Shown: in pieces, positions 33,058-43,800 of the stretch
How positions within the stretch are numbered: the first letter of the stretch is position 1
Layout: the number at the start of each line of letters is the position of its first letter
From: a virus
Taxonomy: Duplodnaviria > Caudoviricetes
Strand: one strand, 5' to 3'
DNA: 47,578 nt
IMG/VR virus record: IMGVR_UViG_3300037311_000476
Coordinates: 1 to 47,578 of that record
Notes under the pieces: generated by a model
What the model was told of the DNA's origin: nothing
What the model saw: the letters and a program-made list of their open reading frames with translations, nothing else
Database searches by the model: none
Made by a program: the position numbers and the translations under genes

Positions 33058-33477
33058 ATGCCCACCCCCCGCGAAACCATCCTCGCCGCGCTGCACGCGC
33101 GGCTTTCGGCGTTGCCCGCCACAGCCCTGCGCGGTGATGTGCTGCCCGAACGCGTGCCCGCCGCAGGCCTCCTGACCCTGCGCGACGGCGAGCCGGGGGA
33201 GCCCGAGGTGACGCTGTCGCCGCTGCGCTACCACTACCAGCACCGAGCCGAGATCGAAGCGGTTGTGCAGGGGGCCACCCGCGACGCCGCCTTCGACACC
33301 CTCTGCGCCAGCATCGGCGCGGCGCTTGCCGCCGACCGCACGCTGGGCGGCCTCTGCGACTGGGTCGAGGCGGAAGCGCCGCGCCCGGTCGATCTCCCGG
33401 TCGAAGGTGCCGCCAGCCTGAAGGCAGCGCTGATCCCGGTCGTCCTGCATTATTCAGCGGCCGACCCGCTCGGCTGA
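33058..33477 (+). CDS. Tail terminator-like protein
   Basis: MPTPRETILAALHARL...ADRTLGGLCD; immediately upstream of the tail tube gene. Confidence 0.72.
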   Translation: MPTPRETILAALHARLSALPATALRGDVLPERVPAAGLLTLRDGEPGEPEVTLSPLRYHYQHRAEIEAVVQGATRDAAFDTLCASIGAALAADRTLGGLCDWVEAEAPRPVDLPVEGAASLKAALIPVVLHYSAADPLG

Positions 33478-33501
33478 CCCCTTTCACCACAGGAGACTAC
33501 G

Positions 33502-34440
33502 ATGGCACGAGCCCATGGGGCGCGGGCGCAGATGGCGCTTGCGTTCGAGACCGTCTATGGCACCGCACCCGCTTCGGGCTATCGCACGGTGCCCTTCGCC
33601 AGCACCACGCTCGGGTCCGAGCAGCCGCTGATCGCCTCGGAACTGCTAGGCCAAGGGCGCGACCCGCTGGCCCCCATCAAGGACGCGGTCACCGCGGATG
33701 GCGATGTGGTGGTGCCGATCGATGTCGAAAACATCGGCCTCTGGCTGAAGGCGGCTTTTGGTCAGCCCACGACCACCGGCACCACGCCCAAGACCCACAC
33801 CTTCCAGTCGGGGAACTGGACGCTGCCAAGCATGGCCATCGAGACGGCGATGCCCGAGGTGCCGCGCTATGCGATGTATACCGGCTGCGTCTGCGACCAG
33901 CTGTCGTGGCATATGGCCCGGTCGGGGCTGCTGACCGCCACGGCCCGGCTGGTTGCGCAGGGCGAGAGCGTCGCAGCCGCCACCGCTGCAGGCACGCCGA
34001 CCGCGCTGGCGCTGCAACGGTTCGGGCACTTCAACGGGGCGATCACCCGAAACGGCACGCCGCTCGGCAACGTCATCTCGGCCGAGGTGACCTATTCCAA
34101 CGGCCTCGACCGCATCGAGACCATCCGCTCGGACGGCCGCATCGAAGGGGCAGACCCCGGCATGGCCGCCCTAACCGGCCGCGTCGAGGTCCGTTTCGCC
34201 GACACCACGCTGATCACGCAGGCTATTGACGGCACGCCTTGCGAGCTGGTCTTCGCCTGGAGCCTCGGCGCCAACGCCAGCTTCACCTTCACGGCGCACG
34301 CCGTCTACCTGCCGCGCCCCCGGATCGAGATCCCGGGCCCGCAGGGCATCCAGGCCACCTTCGACTGGCAGGCGGCCAGGGCCACCAGCCCCGCCCGGAT
34401 GTGCACCGCCGTCCTCGTCAACACCGTCGCAACCTATTGA
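33502..34440 (+). CDS. Tail tube (major tail) protein
   Basis: AGGAG RBS; beta-rich 312 aa; followed by chaperone and tape measure genes. Confidence 0.85.
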   Translation: MARAHGARAQMALAFETVYGTAPASGYRTVPFASTTLGSEQPLIASELLGQGRDPLAPIKDAVTADGDVVVPIDVENIGLWLKAAFGQPTTTGTTPKTHTFQSGNWTLPSMAIETAMPEVPRYAMYTGCVCDQLSWHMARSGLLTATARLVAQGESVAAATAAGTPTALALQRFGHFNGAITRNGTPLGNVISAEVTYSNGLDRIETIRSDGRIEGADPGMAALTGRVEVRFADTTLITQAIDGTPCELVFAWSLGANASFTFTAHAVYLPRPRIEIPGPQGIQATFDWQAARATSPARMCTAVLVNTVATY

Positions 34441-34451
34441 GAAGGCCCACC

Positions 34452-34889
34452 ATGCTGACCCTCGACCTCACCAACGTGCCGCAATGGTCCGACCTCATCC
34501 CCGGCGTGCGCATCCGGCTCCGCCCGCTGACCACCGCCCTGATGGTCTCGGCGCGGGGCGATCCTGCGATCGCCGATCTGCCCGAGGGTGCGGCGACGGA
34601 GGAAGCCGCGCTTGCCATGGCCAAGGCGCTGGCGCGGCGCGCGATCCTGGAATGGGAGGGGATCGGCGACGCCGATGGCACTCCCATCGATCCGAGCCCC
34701 GAGGCCATCGACGCGCTTCTCGACATCTGGCCTGCCTTCGAGGCGTTCCAGACCCTGTATGTCGCCAAGGCCCTCCTACTGGACGCGGAAAAAAACGGCT
34801 CTGCGCCCTTGCCGACTGGTCCTTCGGTGGGGGCGAAGGCTACTGCGCGGCCTGTGGAACAGCCTGTCCCGACTGCCCCGCACGGCTGA
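34452..34889 (+). CDS. Tail assembly chaperone (gpG-like)
   Basis: Between tube and tape measure genes; contains the slippery sequence GAA AAA AAC. Confidence 0.82.
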   Translation: MLTLDLTNVPQWSDLIPGVRIRLRPLTTALMVSARGDPAIADLPEGAATEEAALAMAKALARRAILEWEGIGDADGTPIDPSPEAIDALLDIWPAFEAFQTLYVAKALLLDAEKNGSAPLPTGPSVGAKATARPVEQPVPTAPHG

Positions 34890-35116
34890 ACCGGCCGCTG
34901 ACGCTTGAGGGCGCGCAGGTCTGGGACCTGGCGCAGCGCCTCGGCGGGCAGATGCGCGTCATCCCCGGCGCGGTGATCGGCTGGGACATGGGCGCGGCGC
35001 TGGCCTTGGGCGCGGCCCTCAGCATCTCCCCGCCTGCTATCGCCGAACTGCTGCCCGCCCTCGAGGCGGTGATGGTCCGCCGCGTCAACGAACAGATCGC
35101 GGCCAGCCGCGACTGA
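34790..35116 (+). CDS. -1 frameshift extension of the chaperone (gpGT-like)
   Basis: Heptamer A AAA AAC at 34790-34796; the -1 frame stays open to 35116 (RLCALADW...CAACGTACPDC...IAASRD). Confidence 0.8.
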   Translation, partial: KKRLCALADWSFGGGEGYCAACGTACPDCPARLNRPLTLEGAQVWDLAQRLGGQMRVIPGAVIGWDMGAALALGAALSISPPAIAELLPALEAVMVRRVNEQIAASRD

Positions 35117-35143
35117 CCCCATTCCGACCGGAGCCCTGATCCC

Positions 35144-37606
35144 ATGGCCGAGAAACGCGTCTCCGTCCGGCTCGCCGCCGTGGGTGGCCGCCAGGTGCGC
35201 GCCGAACTGGAGGGCGTGGGCGAGGCCGGGGCGAAGGGCCTCGGCCGCCTGTCGCGCGAGATGGAACTGGCCAATACCCGGCTGGCCGCATTCGCGCGCC
35301 GCGCCGGTATCGCCCTCGGGGCCGCCGCTGCCGCTGCCACGGCCTCGCTCGGGCTGATCGTCCGGTCCACCGCGGAGAGTGCCGCGCAGATCCGACAATT
35401 CGCGCAGGTCGCCAATGCAACGCCGGAAGCGCTGCAACGCTGGTCGGCCGGAGCGCGGACGGTCGGGATCGAACAGGAGAAGCTGGCCGACATCCTGAAG
35501 GACGTGAACGACCGGGTCGGGGATTTCCTCCAGACCGGCGGCGGGCCGATGGCCGACTTCTTCGAGAATGTGGCCCCGCGCGTGGGCGTGACTGCCGATC
35601 AGTTCGCCCGCCTTTCCGGCCCAGAAGCCCTGCAGCTCTACGTCGACACCCTGGAGCGGGCGGGCCTCAGCCAGCAGGAGATGACATTCTATCTGGAGGC
35701 CATGGCCTCGGACGCCACGCGGCTGATCCCGCTTCTGCGCAACGGCGGGGCGGAGATGGCTCGTCTGGGCGACCAGGCCTCCGACCTTGGCGCGGTGCTG
35801 GACAGTGATGCCCTCGAAGCCCTGCGCCGCACCCAACTGGCGCTGGGCACAGTCTCGCTGGTCTTCGATGGTCTGCGCAACCGGATCGCCGTCGCTGTGG
35901 CCCCGACCATCGAGGCGCTGGCCAATACCTTCGTGGCGCTGGCCTCCGATGGCGGCATCCTGCGCTCGGCCATCGACACGCTGATCGGCAACCTCGGCCG
36001 TCTCGCCTCCTACGCCGCGACCTTCGCCGCTGTCATGGCCGGGCGGTGGGTGGCGGGTCTCGCCGCCGCGGCCCTGTCGGTGCGCGGCCTCGCCACCGCG
36101 CTCGTATTCCTGCGCGGTGCCCTCATCCGCACTGGGATCGGAGCCCTGATCGTCGGCGCGGGCGAGCTGGTCTATCAATTCTCTCAGCTGGTGGCCCGGG
36201 TCGGCGGGGTGGGAGAGGCATTCCGCCTGCTGGGCGATCTGGCCCGCGAGGTCTGGTCGCGCATCGGCCTTTCGCTGGATGCAGCCCTCGCGCGGATGGC
36301 GGCTGGATGGGAGGGGCTAAAGGCGGCGGGTCTCTCGGCCCTTGAGGGCACCATCGCGGGCGTCGTCAGCTTCGGCGACCGGACGGCCGCGATCTTCCAG
36401 GGGGCCTATGATGCGGCTGTGGCGATCTGGGGCAGCCTGCCCGGCACCATCGGCGATTTCGCCTTCCAGGCTGCGAACGGGCTGATCTCGGGCGTCGAGG
36501 CGATGCTGAACGGCGTCGTCACCCGCATCAACAGCTTCATCGAGACGCTTAACGCGGCGCTGGCCCTCCTGCCGGAATGGGCTACGGGCGAAGGTGGCGT
36601 GCGGATCGGCATCCTCGACCCGGTCGAACTCGGCCGGATCGGTAATCCGTTCGAGGGGGCTGCTACAGCTGCTGGCGCGGCTGCGGCGGACGCCTTCTCG
36701 GCCGCGCTGTCGCGGACCTACCTCGAGCCGCCCGATCTCGGTCTCGGCACCATGGCCGACGACGCCCGCGCCCGGGCCGACGGCTATCGCGAGGCGGCGG
36801 GCATGCTGTCCGACGCTGCAAGTCGGCCGCTGGCCAGCTGGCAGGCGCTGAAGGACGCGGTGACTGGCACGGGGACCGAGGCGGAAACCGCACTCGCCGA
36901 TGCAGCTGCCTCGGCCGATGCCTTGACCTCCGGGCTGAACGACACGACCACCGCGGCCGATGGAGCGGGCGGGGCCGCGCGCGGTGCTGGGGCGGCAGCG
37001 GCCGAAGGCGCGGACACGGCCCTCACCGGCTGGCAGGCCGTCACCGCTGCGCTCGCCGACTACGCCGCCAAGGCGCGCGACATTGGTGGGGATATCGGCA
37101 GCGCGCTGGTGGGCGCTTTCCAGAGCGCCGAGAACGTCATCGGTGACTTCGTGAAGACCGGCAAGCTCGACTTCCGGGATCTGGTCACGTCGATGACTGC
37201 GGATCTGGCCAAGCTCGCCGCCCGTCGTTTCATCCTCGGCCCGATTGCAAACGCGCTCTCCGCCGCGCTGGGCGGGGCGGGTGGCATCTTCGCCAACATC
37301 CTGCACACGGGCGGCATGGTCGGCGCCCCTGGTCCTGGCCGGATGGTCCCGGCGCTGGCCTTCGCCAATGCCCCGCGCATGCACAATGGCGGCTGGGCCG
37401 GTCTGCGCCCGGACGAGGTGCCCGCGATCCTGCAGCGTGGCGAGCGGGTTCTCTCTCGCCGGGATGCGGCCGGATACGGCCAGTCGGGCGCCTCAACCGT
37501 CAACGTCACGATCAACGCCCGCGACGCCGAGAGCTTCCGGCAATCCCGCACACAGGTCGCCAGCGACATCGCCCGCGCCGTTTCGTTGGGCCGGAGGGGC
37601 ATGTGA
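35144..37606 (+). CDS. Tail tape measure protein
   Basis: 820 aa, Ala/Gly-rich and helical; C-terminal PDEVPAILQRGERVL. Confidence 0.92.
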   Translation: MAEKRVSVRLAAVGGRQVRAELEGVGEAGAKGLGRLSREMELANTRLAAFARRAGIALGAAAAAATASLGLIVRSTAESAAQIRQFAQVANATPEALQRWSAGARTVGIEQEKLADILKDVNDRVGDFLQTGGGPMADFFENVAPRVGVTADQFARLSGPEALQLYVDTLERAGLSQQEMTFYLEAMASDATRLIPLLRNGGAEMARLGDQASDLGAVLDSDALEALRRTQLALGTVSLVFDGLRNRIAVAVAPTIEALANTFVALASDGGILRSAIDTLIGNLGRLASYAATFAAVMAGRWVAGLAAAALSVRGLATALVFLRGALIRTGIGALIVGAGELVYQFSQLVARVGGVGEAFRLLGDLAREVWSRIGLSLDAALARMAAGWEGLKAAGLSALEGTIAGVVSFGDRTAAIFQGAYDAAVAIWGSLPGTIGDFAFQAANGLISGVEAMLNGVVTRINSFIETLNAALALLPEWATGEGGVRIGILDPVELGRIGNPFEGAATAAGAAAADAFSAALSRTYLEPPDLGLGTMADDARARADGYREAAGMLSDAASRPLASWQALKDAVTGTGTEAETALADAAASADALTSGLNDTTTAADGAGGAARGAGAAAAEGADTALTGWQAVTAALADYAAKARDIGGDIGSALVGAFQSAENVIGDFVKTGKLDFRDLVTSMTADLAKLAARRFILGPIANALSAALGGAGGIFANILHTGGMVGAPGPGRMVPALAFANAPRMHNGGWAGLRPDEVPAILQRGERVLSRRDAAGYGQSGASTVNVTINARDAESFRQSRTQVASDIARAVSLGRRGM

Positions 37607-37667
37607 GTGCGACCCCGCAAGTGGGAACCGGTTGCAGGAGCCAGAGCACGAACCATGGAGGAACTTG

Positions 37668-38294
37668 ATGGCCTTCCACGAGGTCCGGTTTCCGGACAAC
37701 ATCAGCCGCGGGGCGCGCGGCGGCCCGGAACGCCGCACGCAGATCGTCGAACTGGCAAGCGGGGCCGAAGAGCGCAATGCCAGCTGGGTCAACAGCCGCC
37801 GCCGCTACGACGTGGCCTACGGCATCCGCCGTGCCGATGATCTGGCGGCGGTCGTCGCCTTCTTCGAGGCCCGGAATGGCCGTCTGCACGGTTTCCGCTT
37901 CAAGGATTGGGCCGACTTCAAGTCTTGCCTGCCGTCGCAGACGCCCGCCGCGACCAACCAGTCGATCGGCACCGGCAATGGGGCGGCAACCCTGTTTCAG
38001 CTGACCAAGCGCTACACCTCCGGCGCGCAGTCCTGGACACGGGTCATCACCAAGCCCGTCGCCGGAACCGTGACCATCGCCCTGAACGGTACCCCGCAAG
38101 CCTCTGGATGGTCGGTTTCCACCACCACCGGTCTCATCACCTTCACTACCGCCCCCGCCGCAGGCGTTGCGATCAGCGCGGGCTTCGAATTCGACGTTCC
38201 CGTCCGCTGCGACACCGACGTCCTCGACGTCACACTCGACCTCGAACGCCTCGGCTCGATCACCTCGATCCCTCTCATCGAACTCCGCCTCTGA
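37668..38294 (+). CDS. DUF2460 distal tail protein (RcGTA g12-like)
   Basis: GGAGG RBS; MAFHEVRFP, FFEARNGRLHGFRFKDWAD and AGFEFDVPVR. Confidence 0.9.
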   Translation: MAFHEVRFPDNISRGARGGPERRTQIVELASGAEERNASWVNSRRRYDVAYGIRRADDLAAVVAFFEARNGRLHGFRFKDWADFKSCLPSQTPAATNQSIGTGNGAATLFQLTKRYTSGAQSWTRVITKPVAGTVTIALNGTPQASGWSVSTTTGLITFTTAPAAGVAISAGFEFDVPVRCDTDVLDVTLDLERLGSITSIPLIELRL

Positions 38295-38306
38295 AGGACC
38301 GATCCC

Positions 38307-38597
38307 ATGTCGGAACCCACGACCGTGCGCATGGGCGCACTGGCCGCCTACCTGAGTCTTGCCCTCGCGCTGTCGGCGCAAGGCGGGGCCGCGATCTGGT
38401 GGGCGGGCACGCAGAACACCCGCCTGACCTCGCTCGAGGCAAGGGTGGCCGAACTTCTCTCCACCTCGCCGCTCTACCACCGCCAGATCGTCGAGGCCGA
38501 CCGCCGCATCGCGGTCATCGACGAGCGGATCGCCAACATCCTCGCCCGGATTGAGGCCCTGACCGCCGCGCTCGAGCGCCGCCACGACGCTCCCTGA
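38307..38597 (+). CDS. Membrane-anchored coiled-coil protein (lysis-associated?)
   Basis: N-terminal hydrophobic segment followed by heptad repeats; upstream of the lysozyme. Confidence 0.6.
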   Translation: MSEPTTVRMGALAAYLSLALALSAQGGAAIWWAGTQNTRLTSLEARVAELLSTSPLYHRQIVEADRRIAVIDERIANILARIEALTAALERRHDAP

Positions 38598-38618
38598 TCA
38601 CCCAAAAGGACCACCACC

Positions 38619-39269
38619 ATGCAGACCACCGACCGGGGGCTTCTGGCCCTGATCCGGCACGAAGGCGTCGTGCCCGGACCCTATCTCGACGTGAAGGACA
38701 TCTGGACCTTCGGCATCGGCCACACCGCCGCCGCTGGTCCGCCCGATCCGGCGCGGATGCCGCGTGGCATGCCCGCCGATCTCTATGCGGGGATCCGCGA
38801 AGCCTTCCAGCTCTTCCGCACCGACCTCGCCGCCTACGAGGCCGAGGTGCTGCGCGCGGTGAAGGTGCCGCTCGCGCCCCACGAGTTCGATGCGCTGGTG
38901 TCCTTCCACTACAACACCGGCGGCATTGCCAAGGCCGCGCTGACGCGGCACCTGAACGCCGGGAACCGCGTGGCGGCCGCATCGGCCTTCATGGGCTGGC
39001 TCAAGCCAGCCGCCATCCGGTCGCGGCGCGAGGCGGAGCGCGATCTCTTCGCCAGGGGCACCTACCCGACCGGCACCATCCCGGTCTGGTCGGTCGACCG
39101 CAACGGCCGGGTCGATTTCTCACGACCGATCCGTCGGCTCACCGAGGTCGAGGCGCTGACCTTGCTGCGCCCGACTGGCACGCAAATGCAACCCCCCGCC
39201 CAGCCTACACCCGTGCCCGGCTGGTGGCAGCGGCTCGCCACTTTCTTCACTGGAAAGGAAACGACATGA
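38619..39269 (+). CDS. GH24 lysozyme (endolysin)
   Basis: HEG...YLD...WTFGIGHT (E-x8-D-x5-T), FDALVSFHYNTG and RREAERDLF. Confidence 0.9.
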   Translation: MQTTDRGLLALIRHEGVVPGPYLDVKDIWTFGIGHTAAAGPPDPARMPRGMPADLYAGIREAFQLFRTDLAAYEAEVLRAVKVPLAPHEFDALVSFHYNTGGIAKAALTRHLNAGNRVAAASAFMGWLKPAAIRSRREAERDLFARGTYPTGTIPVWSVDRNGRVDFSRPIRRLTEVEALTLLRPTGTQMQPPAQPTPVPGWWQRLATFFTGKETT

Positions 39270-39475
39270 ACTGGACCTTTGCCCGCAGCCTCGTCTATCT
39301 CGCCTGCCTTGCTGCTTCCGGCCTCGCCATGGCGGGGCTCGCGGATTTCGACCTGGCGACCGGGACCTTCGACCTCAGGCCCTTCAACCTCTATGCCCTG
39401 ACCGGAGCGGCGGGCGGTGTCGTGTCCTCGGCACTGGCCTCGATCGCGCTCTGGCGCGGCTGGGGGCGGAAGTGA
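39266..39475 (+). CDS. Small two-TM protein, holin candidate
   Basis: AAGGA RBS and ATGA overlap; two hydrophobic segments and a basic C-terminus (WRGWGRK). Confidence 0.6.
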   Translation: MNWTFARSLVYLACLAASGLAMAGLADFDLATGTFDLRPFNLYALTGAAGGVVSSALASIALWRGWGRK

Positions 39476-40356
39476 AATCGCTTTCGCCCGCGCTGCAGGC
39501 CCATCTGGACGAGGGCACGACGACGCTTGCGTGGTGCTGGCGCATCACGCGGGCCGATGGGATGATCTTCGGCTTCACCGACCACGACCGGACGCTGTCA
39601 TTCGACGGGACCGAGTTCGAACCGGAAAGCGGGCTGACGGCGTCCGAGGTGCGGTCGGGATCGGACCTGTCCGTCGATGCGCAGGATGCCCAAGGCGTGC
39701 TCTCCTCCGACCGGATCACCGAGACCGATATCCTCGACGGTCGGTGGGACAATGCAGCGGTCGAGGTCTGGCGCGTGAACTGGGCAAACCCGACGCAGCG
39801 CGTGCTTCTGCGCCGAGGGGCCATCGGCCAGATTCGGCGCGGGCGGCTGGCCTTTGTGGCCGAGGTGCGGTCACTGGCCCATCTCCTCGGCCAGACGGTC
39901 GGGCGGACGTTTCAGGCCAGTTGCGATGCCGCGCTGGGCGATGCGCGCTGCGGGGTGAACCTCGACGCCCCGGCCTTCAAGGGCACCGGCGCGGTCATCG
40001 AGGTGCTGCGCGACCGGGCGTTCACGGCTTCGAGCCTCGGCACCTTCGCGGCAAACTGGTTCGCCTTTGGGCTGGTGGAATGGTTGACCGGCGCGAATGC
40101 AGGGCGGCGCGTCGAGGTGTTGTCGCATGACTTCATCGACGAGGTGGCGATTCTGACCCTGCTGGAAGCGCCGGTGCGGCCGATCACGGCAACAGATGCC
40201 TTCATCATCCGCGCAGGTTGCGACAAGCGCCTTGCGACCTGCGGCGCGAAGTTTGCCAATGTCGCCAACTTCCGGGGCTTCCCGCATATCCCGGGCCAGG
40301 ATGCGGTCCTACGCTATGCGACGAAGGACGGCGGACACGAGGGGGCGGTGCTGTGA
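39472..40356 (+). CDS. DUF2163 baseplate hub protein (RcGTA g13-like)
   Basis: TTLAWCWRITRADG..FGFTDHD, CDAALGDARC and GCDK...NFRGFPHIPG. Confidence 0.92.
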   Translation: MKSLSPALQAHLDEGTTTLAWCWRITRADGMIFGFTDHDRTLSFDGTEFEPESGLTASEVRSGSDLSVDAQDAQGVLSSDRITETDILDGRWDNAAVEVWRVNWANPTQRVLLRRGAIGQIRRGRLAFVAEVRSLAHLLGQTVGRTFQASCDAALGDARCGVNLDAPAFKGTGAVIEVLRDRAFTASSLGTFAANWFAFGLVEWLTGANAGRRVEVLSHDFIDEVAILTLLEAPVRPITATDAFIIRAGCDKRLATCGAKFANVANFRGFPHIPGQDAVLRYATKDGGHEGAVL

Positions 40357-40799
40357 CCGCGACAGTCCCAACGGCCGATCCCGTCCACGTCATCGCCGTT
40401 GCGCGGTCATGGCTCGGCACGCCCTATCACGACCAGGCCAGCTTGCGCGGGGTCGGCTGCGACTGCCTAGGCCTTGCGCGCGGTGTCTGGCGCGAGGTGG
40501 TGGGGCCCGAGCCGTTCCCGATCCCACCCTACAGCCGCGACTGGGGCGAGACCGGCCCGCGCGAGGTTCTGGCCGATGGGGCGCGGGCGATGATGCCGGA
40601 GATCGCACCAGCCGACGCCCCATCCGGCGCGCTGATCTTGTTCCGGATGATGCCCCGCGCCATCGCCAAGCATGTGGGCATCCTCACCGGCCCCGACACC
40701 TTCCTCCACGCCTATGAACGCCTCGGCGTGATCGAGGAACCGCTGACGCCCGCTTGGGCGCGCAAGATCGCCTTCGCGTTCCTGTTCCCCGCACGTTGA
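40353..40799 (+). CDS. NlpC/P60 tail-associated peptidase (RcGTA g14-like)
   Basis: ARSWLGTPYHDQAS..GVGCDCLGL, AKHVGI and FLHAY; GTGA overlap. Confidence 0.92.
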   Translation: MTATVPTADPVHVIAVARSWLGTPYHDQASLRGVGCDCLGLARGVWREVVGPEPFPIPPYSRDWGETGPREVLADGARAMMPEIAPADAPSGALILFRMMPRAIAKHVGILTGPDTFLHAYERLGVIEEPLTPAWARKIAFAFLFPAR

Positions 40800-40809
40800 G
40801 ATTTCCGCA

Positions 40810-43800
40810 ATGGCCACGCTTGTCCTCGGCGCCGTCGGGTCCGCCATCGGCGGGGCTTTTGGCGGCGCGATCCTCGGCTTTTCCGGCGCTGCCATCGGCG
40901 GTTTCATCGGCTCTACCATCGGCTCGGTGGTCGACGGCTGGATCGTGTCCTCGCTGGCGCCCGCGCAGAAGATCGCGGGTCAGCGCCTCGACAGCTTGCG
41001 GATCACGTCCGCGACGGAAGGCGCGATCATTCCGCGTCTCTACGGGCGCATGCGCATCGGCGGCAACATCATCTGGGCCACGGATTTCCGCGAGGAGACC
41101 AAGACCACGACGCAGGGCGGCGGCAAGGGTGGCGGGGGCGGTCGGGTCCAAACGACCGAGTACCTTTACTATGCGTCCTTCGCGGTCGCGCTCTGCGAAG
41201 GCCCGATCACCGGCATCGGCCGCATCTGGGCCGACGGCAAACCGCTCGACATGACGGGGATCACCTGGCGCTGGTATCCGGGGAACGAGACCCAGACACC
41301 CGACCCATTCATTTCGGCGAAGATGGGAGCGGCCAACACCCCGGCCATCCGCGGAACGGCCTATGTCGTCTTCGAGGAACTGCCGCTCTCGACTTACGGT
41401 AACCGCCTGCCGCAGCTGTCGTTCGAGGTCTTCCGGCCGCTGGCTGACCCCGACACGGCCGAAGGGCTGGTCAAAGCCGTGACCATGATCCCGGCCTCGG
41501 GCGAATTCACCTATGCGACGGAAGCTGTCCGCAAGACTGTGGGGGCCACGACCACGGTCTTCGGCCAGACCACCGGCGGCACGACCTCGGCCGAGAACCT
41601 GAACGCGCTGCCGGATGAAGCCGATATCGTCGTGGCGCTCGATCGACTGCAGGCCATGGCCCCGGCTGTCGAGAGCGTCAGCCTGGTCGTCGCCTGGTTC
41701 GGCGATGACCTGCGTGCGGGGAACTGCACCATCAAGCCGGGCGTCGAGGTGGCGACCAAGGTCACCAGTCCCAAGGCCTGGACCGTCAACGGCGTCGCGC
41801 GCGCGAATGCGCATCTCGTCAGCCGTGATGCCGAGGATCGGCCGGTCTACGGCGGCTCGCCTGCGGATTTCGCGGTGATTCAGGCGATCCGGGAGATGAA
41901 GGCGCGCGGGCTGCGGGTGACCTTCTATCCCTTCCTGCTGATGGACGTTCCACCCGGCAACACGCTGCCGAACCCCTATTCGAGCAGTGCCGCGACGCCG
42001 GGTCAGCCGAGTTTCCCGTGGCGGGGCAGGATCACCTGTTCCCCGGCTGCAGGCTTTGCGGGGACAGCGGACAAGACAGCCGCCGCCGCAACGCAGGTCT
42101 CTAGCTTCTTCGGCGCCGCCACCCCGGCACAGTTCGCGATCTCGGGCGATACCGTCACCTGGACCGGCCCCTCGGGCGACTGGGGCCTGCGCCGGATGAT
42201 CCTGCACTACGCCCATCTCTGTGCCGTAGCGGGCGGGGTCGATGCCTTCCTGATCGGCACCGAGATGCGTGGGCTGACCACCATCCGGTCCAGCGCCAGT
42301 GCCTATCCGGCTGTGACGGCCTTCAAGGCGCTGGCCGCCGACGTGAAGGCAATCCTCGGGCCCGGCACCAAGGTGGGCTACGCCTCGGACTGGTCGGAGT
42401 ATTTCGGCCACCAGCCCGGCGACGGCACGGGCGATGTTTTTTTCCACCTCGACCCGCTCTGGTCGGACGCCAACATCGATTTCATCGGCATCGACAACTA
42501 CATGCCGCTCTCCGACTGGCGCGACGGCTTCGACCATGCCGATGCTCTCGAGGGCTGGCCCGCGATCCATGACCGTGGCTACCTGCAGGCCAACATCGCA
42601 GGCGGCGAGGGCTTCGACTGGTTCTATGCCAGCGCCGCCGACAGGTCGGCCCAGATCCGCACCCCGATCACCGATGGCAGCGCAGGCAAGCCATGGGTAT
42701 TTCGCTACAAGGATCTGCGCGCCTGGTGGTCGAACCCGCATTTCAACCGACCGGGCGGGGTGGAGAGCGGAACGCCGACCGCATGGGTGCCGCAGTCCAA
42801 GCCCGTCTGGTTCACCGAACTGGGCTGTCCCGCCATCGACCGGGGCACGAACCAGCCGAACGTCTTCTTCGACCCCAAGTCGTCCGAGAGCTTCACCCCG
42901 TACTTCTCCCGCGGCTGGCGCGATGACGCCATCCAGCGCGCCTATCTGGAGGCCAGTTACCTCTGGTGGGGTCAGGGTGCGAACAACCCGACGTCGTCGG
43001 TCTACGGTGGCCGGATGGTGCATGTCCCCGAATGCGCCGCCTGGACCTGGGATGCGCGGCCCTATCCGTTCTTCCCCGAATTGACCGGGATCTGGACGGA
43101 CGGACCCAACTGGCGTCTTGGGCACTGGCTGACAGGGCGGCTTGGCGCGGTGTCTCTGGCGGCCCTTGTGCGCCATCTCTGCCTGCGCGCTGGTCTGGCG
43201 GAAAGCCTGATCGACGTCTCCGACCTCTGGGGCGCGGTCGAGGGCTATGTGATCGGGGCCCTCGAAAGCCCTCGGGCGTCGATTTCCACGCTGGCCCGGC
43301 ATTTCGGCTTCGACGCCATCGAGACGGAGGGCGTGATCCGCTTCGTCATGCGCGGCCGCGCCTCGTTTGCGACACTGGCGATCGACGATCTGGTTGCAAG
43401 CCGCGAGGACGAGCCGCTGGAACTGGTCCGCGCGCAGGAGACCGAACTGCCGCAAGCGCTGAAGTGGCAGGTCGCACGCGCCGACGAGGACTATGACGCG
43501 GCCCTCGTCGAGGCGCGGCGCATCACTGTCGACACGACGCGCATCACGTCCGAGAGTTTCCCGATGGCAATCCCGCCAGAGGAGGCCGAGCGCCGCTGCC
43601 GGCGCGCACTGATGGAAGCCTGGATCGGCCGGGAAAGCGCCACCTTCCGCCTGCCGCCCTCGCGGCTGGCCCTCGATCCGGCTGATGTGATCCGCCTCGC
43701 GCATGACGGACGCGAGATCGAGTTCCGCCTCGTCTCCGTCGCCGATGCTGAAGCGCGCGGCATCGAGGCGGTGCGTCAGGACCGTGCGGCTTACGACCTG

